Shown one piece after another: positions 52,038-64,000 of a stretch of 64,000 bases of DNA. The first letter of the stretch is position 1. Every line of letters starts with the position of its first letter. Where the stretch lies: the NCBI RefSeq assembly GCF_009914755.1, contig NC_060936.1. One strand, given 5' to 3'. The notes under the pieces were generated by a model that saw nothing but the letters and a program-made list of their open reading frames with translations, had not been told where the DNA came from and searched no databases. A program made the position numbers and the translations under genes. The stretch comes from the human T2T-CHM13v2.0 reference genome, Homo sapiens.

Positions 52038-52252
52038 CACAGACATGGTAAATCAGTTGATACATATAGAAAATGTATTTTTTCTTCTCAGAATTCCCTT
52101 AAAAGACAACTAACCATTTAAAGCAAAAATAACATGATGAGTTGGCATTTATAATATGTGTAAAAGTGAAAGATGGGACAACAGTATCCCAAAATATTAG
52201 GAGGTAGAATTGTAAGGTTCTTACGTTCGTGAAGTAGAAAATATGAACTGTT

Positions 52253-52435
52253 GGCTGGGCATGGTGACTCATGCCTGTGATCCCAGTGCTTTGGGAAGCT
52301 GAGACTGGAGGATCACTTGAGCCCAGGATTTTGAGTTTACACTGAGTTCTGTTTGTGCCACTGCACACTAGCATGGTTGACAGAGTAAAACCTGGTCTCT
52401 AACAAAAAAAAGAAGAAAGGAAAGAGAGAAAGAAA
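52253..52435 (+). mobile_element. Single Alu monomer (FRAM-like or left/right recombinant)
   Basis: Left-arm-like head cccagtgctttgggaag joined to right-arm end gccactgcacactagc. Confidence 0.75.
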
Positions 52436-52567
52436 GATAGATTACGAAGTGTTCGATGTGAAGTAGTACAATTTCTAATCTAAATAGACTTTGATAAGGT
52501 GCATGTTGTTAGCTGTAGAGCAACTACCAAAATAATAACAACAAAAATTTTAAAAACCCTGAAGAGC

Positions 52568-52882
<315 letters not shown>

Positions 52883-54282
52883 GCACCTGAAGAGCTAACA
52901 GAGGAAATAAAATGCAATGCTAAAAATTGTTTCATTTATCCAACCAATAAAGGCAGAAAAGGAACAACAAATAAAGAACAGAAACAACAAATGAATGACA
53001 TAAATTCAACCATATCAATATTTATGGCAAAATGAAATATAGTAAACACACCAAGTAAAGGACAGAGATACTAGATTAGAAAAAAAAAAGCAAGGCTCAA
53101 CTGTATGCTGTACATAAGACCTGTACTATCATAAACACTGGCTGGAATTAACGGAAAAAGGTACTTCTTGGAAATAGTAATCCTAAGAAACCTGGCATAG
53201 CTATATTAATATCAGACAAAGAGTATTCCCAGAGATAAGAAAAGACCATATAATAAAGATAAAGGGGACAACACATCCAAATGACATAATAATCCTAATA
53301 AATATATATCTAATAGAGCTTCAAAATTCATGAAGGACAGACCGACAGAACTAAAGGTAAAACAAATCTGTGGTCACCAGTCATTACTGGGGATTTTGAC
53401 CTCTATTCCTTAGAAACTGATAGAATTACTAAACAAACAAAAGCAATCAGAAATATAGAAGATCTAAAGACTATTAACTTGACTTATTTAACATTTATAG
53501 AATACTACATCTAACAACTGAAGAAAATATATGTTTTTTAAGTGCATATGGAAGTTTCACAGATACAGACCATATGCTGGGCCTTAAAAGTAAGTCTCAG
53601 TAAATTTCAGAAGACTGAGATATGCTAAAGTTGTTCTCTAACCATAGTAGAATTCAGTTAGAAGTTAATAAGATACTTAGAAAATGTTTGGAAATTAGAT
53701 AACATAATTCTAAATACCATGGCTTAGAGAAGAAGGAATGTTAGGACTCGTTTTGAACTGAATGAAAATTCAAATGTGAAGTTTTGTGTTTCACAGTTGA
53801 AAAAGTGGTTAGAATGAAATTTTTACCCTTATATACCTGTATTAGAAAAGAAGAAAAGTTGAAATTCATTGATCTTAGTTTCTACACTAAGGTACCAGAA
53901 AAAGAAGCAGAGTAAACCACAGTAAGTAGGATAACGGAAATATTAAAGATAACAGAAATCAAACACATAGAAGACAGAGAATCAACAGAAAATTCACAAA
54001 ATTCATAACCGGGTTCTTTAAAGAATTAAAAAAAAATTGATAGGTCCCTACCAAATGGATCAAGGGAAACAGGAAGGCACATGAATTGCCAATACCTGGA
54101 ACGAGAGAGGGGTTATCACTCCAGTTTCTAAAGACACGTAAAAAGATAAGACAATATTTTGAGCAAACTTATACCAATAAATTTAATAGACAAAGTCTTT
54201 GAAAAATACAATTTATTAAAACTGGCTCAAGAAGGAATAGAAAAGTGAGCAGGCCTTTATCTATTAAAGAAATTGAATTTGT

Positions 54283-56145
54283 CATATGGAACCAAAAAAG
54301 AGCCCAAATAGCCAAGGAAATCCTAAGCAAAAAGAACAAAGCTGGAGGCATTATGCTACCCAACTTCAAACTATACTACAGGACTACAGTAACCAAAACA
54401 GCATGGTAGTGGTAGTAAAGCAGACACACAGAGCAAAGGAACAGAATAGAGAACCCAGAAATAAGGCTGTACACCTACAACTATCTGCTCTTCCACCAAC
54501 CTGACAAAAACAAGCAATGGGGGAAAGGATTCCTTATTCAATAAATGGTCCTGGGATAACTGCCTAGCCATATGCAGAAGATTAAAACTGGACTCTTTCC
54601 TTACACCATATACAAAAATCAACTCAAAATGGATTAAAGACTTAAATGTAAAACCCAAAACTATAAAAACCCTGGAAGACAACCTAGGCAATACCATGGG
54701 CGCGGGCAAGGATTTCATGACAAAGACGCCAAAAGCTGTTGCAACAAAAACAAACAATGACAAATGGGATCTAATTAAACTATAGAGATTCTGGACAGCA
54801 AAAGAAACTACCAAGAGAGTAAACAGACACCCTACAGAATGGGAGATAATTTTTCCAAATTGTGTGACAAAGGTTTAATATCCAGCATCTGTAGGGAATT
54901 TAAACAAATTTACAAGAAAAAAACAACCCCATTAAAAAATGGGCAAAGGGCGTGAACAGACACTTCTCAAAAGAAGACATACATGTGGCTAATGAGCATA
55001 TGAATAAAAGCTCAAAGTCACTGATTATTAGATAAAATGCAAATCAAAACCACAATGAGATACCATCTCATGCTAGTTGGAATGGCTGTTATTACAAAGT
55101 CAAATAACAGATGCTGGTGAGGTTGCAGAGAAAAAGGAACTCTTACACACTGTCGGTGGGAGTATAAATTAGTTCAACCATTGTGGAAGATGATGTGGCG
55201 ATTCCTCAAAGACCTAAAAACAAATACAGTTTGATCCAGCAATCCCATCACTAGGTATGTACCCAAAGGAATATCAATTGTTCTATCATATATACATCAT
55301 GAAATATTACTCAGCCGTTAAAAGTAACGAAATAATGTTTTTTGCAGCAACTTGGATGGAGCTGGAGGCCATTATTCTAAGTGAAGTAACACAGGAGTTA
55401 AAAACCAAAAGCCTTATGTTCTCACTTATAAGTGGGAGCTAAGCTATGAGTATGTAAAGGCATACAGAGTGATATAATCGACTTTAGAGACTCCGAGGGG
55501 GTGGGGGAGGGAAGATATGGATAAAAATCTATATATTAGGTACCACGTGTATATAGTACTCAGTTGATGGGTGCACTAAAATCTTAGAATTCACCACTGT
55601 ATAACTCAGTCTTGTAACAAAAAAACACTTAAACCCCAAAAGCTATTTGAAATAAAACAAGACACATGTACACATATGTTCATTGCAGCACTGTTCTCAA
55701 TAACAAAGACATGGAATCAACCTAAATGCTCATCAGTGGTGGACTGGATAAAGAAAATGTAGTGCCCATACACCATGGAATATTGTGCAGCCATAAAAAC
55801 GAACAGGATCATGTCTTTTATAGGAACATGGATGGAGCTAGAGGTCATTATCCTTAGCAAACTAACGCAGGAACAGAAAACCAAATACCACATGTTCTTA
55901 CAAGGGGAGCTAAATGATGGCAACACATGGACCCATAGAGGGGAACAACAGACTCTGAGGTCTATTGGAGGGTGGAGAGTGGAGGGTGGGAGAAGGGAGA
56001 GGATCAGGAAAAATGACTAATGAGTACTAGACCTAATACCTGAGCGATGAAATAGTCTGTACAACAAGACTTCGTGACACAAGTTTACCTATTTAACAAA
56101 CCTTCACATGTGCCCCTGAACTTAAAAATTAAGAAAAAAAAAGAA
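54283..56145 (+). mobile_element. 5'-truncated older L1PA (ORF2 C-terminal half plus 3' UTR)
   Basis: atatggaaccaaaaaagagccc...; ORF 55775 MEYCAAIKTN...; TSD aaagaaat(t/a)gaattt at ~54266 and ~56146. Confidence 0.9.
55290..55657 (+). mobile_element. L1PB 3' end inserted within the L1PA
   Basis: gtgggagctaagctatgag...gcatacagagtgatataa...ccccaaaagctatttgaaataaaa; host resumes at aagacacatg. Confidence 0.8.
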
Positions 56146-56874
56146 AAAGAAATAGAATTTATAATCAAAAACATTCCTACAAAGAAAACTCCAGGCCCCA
56201 ATGGCTTTACTGTTGAATTCTACCAAATGTTTAAGCAAGATGTAATACCAGTCTTAGAGAAACTCATTCACAAAATAAAGAAGGTATTATAGAAATACTT
56301 ACCAAGTCAGCTTAGAATTGTGACCCTCCTGCCTAAACTTGACAAAGACATTGCAAAAGAATAAATTACACATCAGTGTCACTCATGAACATTGACATAA
56401 AAGTCCCTAACAAAACCTTAGCAATTTGAATTCAATATAAATAAGAAAGCTAATATATCACAACCAGGTTGGCCTTATTTCTAGAATGTAAGGTTTGTTC
56501 AGTATTCAAAAATGAATTAATTAAACTCACTACCTGAACAAAATACAGAAAAAAATCATTTAGTCACCTGAGAACATTCAGAAAGGCTTTTAATAAAAGG
56601 CAACACCCATTTATGATAAAATATCTTAGCTGACTAGAGATAGAAGGTAATTCAGCTTAGTAAAGAGCATCATGAAAAATTTACAGCTGACATCATACCT
56701 AATGATGTAAGCTGAACCCTGAGATTGCAAAAGAGATAACAATGTCTATATCCCCCTATTCAATACTATATTGGAGATCCTAGTAATGCAAGAAAAGAAG
56801 GAGGGAAAAAGCATAAAATTCAAAAGAAAATTCTAAAACGTATGTATTCATAAACATGGTTGTTTAGGGCATTT

Positions 56875-57660
<786 letters not shown>

Positions 57661-57662
57661 CC

Positions 57663-58279
<617 letters not shown>

Positions 58280-59066
58280 GAATTCCATTAGCTATATCCA
58301 AGGTTTGATATATATCTAGATTTTTTTTTCTCATGTATGATGAAGTCTCTGGATTCCTGAGTGTTTCTTTTTAACCTATTTAGGGTGTGGTGGTTTCATT
58401 TCATAAAATTGGGAGTTGGGAGAGAGGTATTTGTTGTGGAGTTCACAGTATTATTGTATTGTGGTGAAAAAACATAGTCTATAAAAGGAAAACACAGGAG
58501 GTGTAAATACCACTACAGTCAAGATTTTAAAACTATCCACTGACCAGATGTACTGGCATTGAACTGTTGATTTTTGTCCTCAGGCTGGTGTCAAGTGATG
58601 CCATCCTTTTGAGTGTTCCTAGGTCTCTTCCTTAGATATATGAAAATGTTTCTCAGAAGTCCTGATATCCAGCCTCCCCCAACAGTAGACTTTTACTCAC
58701 ATCTGTTAGGCTAGACAGAGTCCCGTGCCAAGTCATTGAGGAGGGAAAGTGGGATTATCGTTCTTGGCCTAATCTAATCAGCACCTACCTCTGAGGTTTA
58801 GAGATAGTCTTTAAGGCACTCTGCGAAGGCAAGATACATGAAAAACAGTTGGAAGCACAACTGGTTAAGCAGCCAAAAGAGTCTTCGGTTGTCTCTGAGT
58901 TGCTATCTTTCAATATGCCTGGGTGTCAGCCAATTTATTGGAAGGGAGAAAGAATATTGGTTGATCTGGAGAGTCTGATAATTGGCATTCTGTTAGGAGA
59001 ACCTCTGTTATGCTTATTTAAAGGCCCTTTAACACAGTTCTATTATTTCGAGTTTTTACAATGTGA

Positions 59067-59389
<323 letters not shown>

Positions 59390-62300
59390 TGTTTGTTGTA
59401 ACTCTTAAACGAGGACTTGTTTTCTAATCTTTGGTAGCTGTGCTTCTGTGGAGCTACTTTCCTTGGGAGTCCTGTTCCTTCAGAGCAGCGTCCAGGTTCT
59501 CTCTCTGGGGACTTAGTACACTCACTCTTTCTGGACCAGTTTTTATGTTAATTTCTGTGCTTGGGATTCTGTGTGTCTCTCATGCATCAGTGATTTCTAA
59601 TGAGTAATTCTTTTCCTACCCATAGCCTAAGAGTCTTTGTTGCTTCATTGGGCTAGTAAGTAAAGTTTTTCTAAAGGTCTCTATTTTTACAGGGATAGTC
59701 AACCTTTGTGACTTTCTTTAACTTTATGCAGAAAGGTTAGTTCCATCTCCTCCTGAGCCCCAGTCCTGGGATCTCCTCCCTAAGGCTTATAACCCAGTTT
59801 TTAACCTACCGCTCCCTCGCCCCACCCCCGTAAGTTATTTCCACTTAAACTCATCAGCTATAACTGAATTCTTTGTTATTAGCACTTCTCCTGCTTTGGC
59901 TAAAGCTCAATACCTAATTATTATTTTCTTTTTATGCACTATTTTTATGAGTTTGGAGCAAGAGGGGAGGGTCATGTTGGGTTCCTTCACAATATTTATC
60001 ACAAGTACAAGTTCCAATTTAAGCTAATTTATTTTCAGTCTGTTAGGATTTTTTTCTCCTTCTCTCCTAATTTTTGTCAACTGTTATTTTTGTAATCATT
60101 CTTTTTCTTCCTGAAGTCTTCAAAATCCATCAGATGGATTTGATTGTTGCTTTTTAGATATATATCTGTTGCAAAGTTTTTGCCATTGCTTATGGGATGG
60201 GATGAATTACAGCTCTCTTAAACAACAGTTTTCTGTGGAAAGGCAGCAGAAGGCAATGATGAAAGATGTACTTCCTGCTCTTCATCTCTATTTCTGAAAT
60301 CTTATTTTGTTTCCTGAGTTTCTGTAAGAGTTACTTCTGCTTAAAACTTCTGCCTTTACCCAAACTTTATGGTGTCTTCTGGAATAGTTTATTTTTCCAG
60401 TATACTTTAAAGAAAAAAAAACCTTCGGTTCTCAGCCTGCTCATGACATCCAGCTCCTGTTGCTTTGGCTCAGAGTTCCATTCTACCTCATGATAAACAC
60501 CTTCGTATCTCATTATATCTTAAATTCTCTAAGCTCTAGGAGCAGACTTACAGAGGGAGCATACTGTACTATTTAAATGAGCCATGACAGGCCTGGGAGT
60601 GGAACTTACTGCTGGGAAGTAGACCAGGTGGTATTAAAGGGGCTTGTTCCATGTGGCAATTGCTCCACCCGTTAATACTGAAGTAGAAAATTGGAGGAGT
60701 AAACCACGTTCAGTTGCTAATTTCCTGTGGAGATAAGACAGACACACTGTGCTTGTGTATTTCCATCTCTCCATGTAAAACTGTATTGGAAAACATTTCT
60801 TTTTATTTCTAGGTCTGATTTTTTTGTTGTAGTTTTATTTTATTGGCAGAGTTCATGTAGCTAAACCCCTCAGTGCTTCAATTTAAGACATCGGGAGATG
60901 AATGAAATTGTTATGTTATTAAGTAGATGCTGCAGCTCTGCTTGCTAGGGATGAAATCCTATTTTATGAAATAATATAGTGTGAAGCTGTCAGTAATTTC
61001 CAATTGTAGAAGAGGCCTAATCAGAAAGTTGGGTTTTTTTTGTTTTTTGTTTTTTGTTTTTTTTAGACAGGCCCAGACAGTTTTTTGACCAGACATCTAT
61101 ACATGTTTCAGTGAGTTAATTACTCATTTTATTGTAATTTCATCTGTTAGAAAGTACCCAAATAATTGCAAAGTTTATGTATATAAACTTTTATGGATAT
61201 ATCACAGGCAAACAATAGGTGATCTTTGGCATGGTTGTAGTTGGGAGGTTTCAGATGGAGATACTGTGGGCACATGCCCTCTTCTTCCCAGCTGGCATCC
61301 TGGGAAGTGCTGACGGGCTCCGGAGCAAGTGAGGCCCTAGAGACTGTTTATGACACGTCAGTGTTCATTTGTGTCTCATCTCTTTGATCGCTAAGAAGAT
61401 ACCTGTTTTACTAAAGCTCAGCTGTTGTCAGTTTCTTTGGATTGATTGTCTTAAAGGGAAAGATAAATCAACTTTGTTTTTTTCCTGAAGATAGCTAATC
61501 AGGTCATTTAATTTTGGACCAATAAGTAAAAGAATAACTGAGTTTAATGAGTATTGCGTAAAATAAGTTCTTGGTGATTTGACCCTGGGTTGACTTGGCA
61601 TGAATTTTCTTTCTTTTCAACTCCCTGCTGCCCACTTTGTGGTGTTGTATGAATAATGAGTCCACAGGCCCTGTAAACATGTTAGGTGAGGTGTTTGTTG
61701 TTTATTAGTAGTTGGGATTAAATAGAAGTTGCACACTGAAATTGAGTGAAGTGACTTTTCTGCAGTTAACTTGGATGTCATTGGTTTGAAGGAGTTTTTC
61801 TGTTGCAGCTGCTTGTCCTACTACTTTTAGCTGTGGGTGCATCCTTTCTGCGTCCTGCTAAAAATTATATTCTTGTTTTCACTTTTAAAACCTAAGACGG
61901 TTCCAGAGCTGTGTTTGGTTTTTGCTTTAAACTAATGCCCGAGCGCCCCTTTAGTTAGTCACCAATCACTGTTTAGGTAAGTTGATGATTCCTTTTTGCT
62001 ACCCAAGATTTTTTTATTTAAAATTGAGCATTTTTAACTTGCTTTTTAGGTCAGAGGATCAATGTCCTCTGTGGTATTCCTCCTCCATCTAAGCTTCTTA
62101 AAGCAGTATTATAAATAGAGGCTTTCAACCTAAAAAGTACTGTGTATTTCATTGACTAGAACTGAACTGAACTGTAGGCTAATAAAAAGTACCAAATGAA
62201 AATATTATGGTATCTCATTGCACTCCATTGTAGATGTAATGTAGTGTGACCAGCAGTAGCTTTGATTCATTGTAAATCCCATCTGAATACTGACAACAGT

Positions 62301-62511
62301 TCAAAACATCAGGAGATAAACCTCAAAGGTCACATTTGTGTGAATGGTCATTGTGCATATAAGACATCATTTTATTATTTGAAAACTAGTAGTGTAGCTC
62401 TTAAGACAGGGCAGTGTCCTAACCTCTGACAGGGATAGAGGCGAGAGGAGAATCAGTGGGCTGCCAAACAGTCATGTGTTCATAGGTGAGGTTCTGTTTC
62501 TTCTTTAGCTG

Positions 62512-62543
62512 TTACTATTGTTATTATTATTATTATTATTATT
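62512..62543. repeat. (TTA)n simple repeat
   Basis: Direct reading. Confidence 0.8.
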
Positions 62544-62812
62544 TGCATGAATGGTAGCAGTTACTTCACAGGCAAATTTCCTATGAATCCCAGAGTATTG
62601 CAACAGATTAGCAGCAAATAAAGACCTGAGATAAAGAAAAAAAAAATGCTTTTATTCAGTTATATTAAAATTAGGACATTTCAATAAAAAACTAAAGCAG
62701 CTTATGTTGTTCTGCATGCATAAATTGAAAGAATACTTGAAAATTCTTCAAACTTGATGGTAGACATTATCTTACAGCTTTCTTAAAGGAAGTCAGTTTC
62801 TTGGCAGTAGGA

Positions 62813-63698
62813 CAGAGGTTCCCAACATTACTTGGTTCTAGCACAATCACTAAATTTTTCGTGACTTTTAGACCAAAATAAATACTTAACAGTTCCTAAC
62901 AGTTTGTTGTGTTCCAACAGTTTGTAATCATGTCAAAAAATAATAGACATATTAGTAATAATAAATTGAAAGAAAATATTTTAATTTCTTATTACTTACT
63001 CATCAAATGTGTGATTGTTGGGCATGGCACAGTTTTTTAAACCTTGGAATCAGATTGGCCACTGCCAACTTCATTTCTTGTTCCACGCTAATTTCTGTGC
63101 AGAACTGTGCTGTGCTTTTAGTCACAGTGCTGCGGTCTGAATGGTTATGTCCCCCCAAAATTCATGTGTTGAGATTCTGACCCCAAGGTGATCATATTAG
63201 GAGGTGTGGAGCCTTTGGGAGTGATTAGGTCTTGAAGGTGGAGTTCTTATGAATGGGATTCGTGTCCTTGTAGGAGAGACCCCAGAGAACTCATTTGCCC
63301 CTTCCACTGTGTGAGAAAAGCTGTGAGTAGATGCCATCTGTGAACCAGAAAGCGGACTGTCACCAGATACTGAATCTTACAGCACTTTGATTTTAGGCTT
63401 TCCAGCCTCTGGAACTGTGAGAAGTAATTTTTTGTTGTTTATAAGCTACCTAGTTTATGATATTTTGTTACAGCGGCTTGAATAGACTAAGATACACCGC
63501 AACCATCAAAAACTCAATTTCGAAGAGATGGAATATCATGAACAATAATTTTGCATGATGTCGTATTGAACTGTGAAATACCACAAGCTAGTAATTTGCA
63601 CACTGTCTGACAGCACTGTGTTTCTCAAAATTTAAAATGCTCTGCAGTACCCCTGTGAGTTCCCTGGGGTGCTGCAGTGCACAATTTGGGAACTGTGG
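62813..63698. mobile_element. hAT-Charlie-type DNA transposon interrupted by MLT1A
   Basis: Terminal inverted repeats cagaggttcccaa / ttgggaactgtgg. Confidence 0.65.
63128..63494 (+). mobile_element. MaLR solo LTR (MLT1A-like)
   Basis: tgctgcggtctgaatggttatgtccccccaaaattc...tagactaagata; TSD cacag/caccg. Confidence 0.88.
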
Positions 63699-64000
63699 TA
63701 GTATTGTAGATAGTAAGATTATCTAATAATAAGTATTGATGACATCTTAGTTTAGGAATAATTATTAGTATGTCAGACTATAGGGGAAGTGAGTAAATCA
63801 TATACTAGGTTGTTATCAGAATGATTATGAATTTCTTCACCCACCTGTGGAGAGACAGCATGGCCTATTTTTTTACTCTGACCCCAATAAGAAAAGTATT
63901 CTGTACCTTCCCCCTTCTCTCTCCCTTTTTGTCTCTTCGTTATCTCTCACTCTTGCTCTAACAGACACACACATAGTGAAATAAGTATTTAACAAAACAG

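Noticed and set aside
54283-56145. Active L1 / reverse-transcriptase system
   Set aside because: 5'-truncated, many stops and frameshifts, interrupted by another L1

Overview
Primate, almost certainly human, genomic DNA: AT-rich, CpG-depleted, with about 35 Alu or Alu-monomer copies plus L1, L2, MIR, MaLR/ERVL LTRs and hAT/Tigger DNA-transposon relics. The window lies inside a large + strand gene. Two coding exons are visible: 17339-17470 (132 nt, DSLRKKDDRIEE...ARTNAEKQ) and 44158-44318 (161 nt, VEELLMAMEKV...LEEVLEM[K]). They splice in frame and match the coiled-coil active-zone/RAB6-effector protein ERC1 (ELKS). Everything else is intronic, and almost all ORFs in the supplied track are Alu/L1 artefacts. 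I found no novel multi-gene system. The most unusual features are: (1) a chimeric Alu with a pristine AluYb8-type 3' end on an old AluS body (33965-34299); (2) a ~180-bp non-TE direct duplication just downstream of the frame-neutral cassette-like exon; (3) a perfect 5x25-bp minisatellite born inside an Alu, next to an unrelated 25-bp duplication; (4) an Alu whose head carries an inverted linker patch nearly identical to a neighbouring Alu; (5) candidate in-frame microexons or recursive splice sites; and (6) inverted-Alu geometry suited to circRNA formation and editing. Repeat subfamily calls and most repeat boundaries were made by eye and are approximate.
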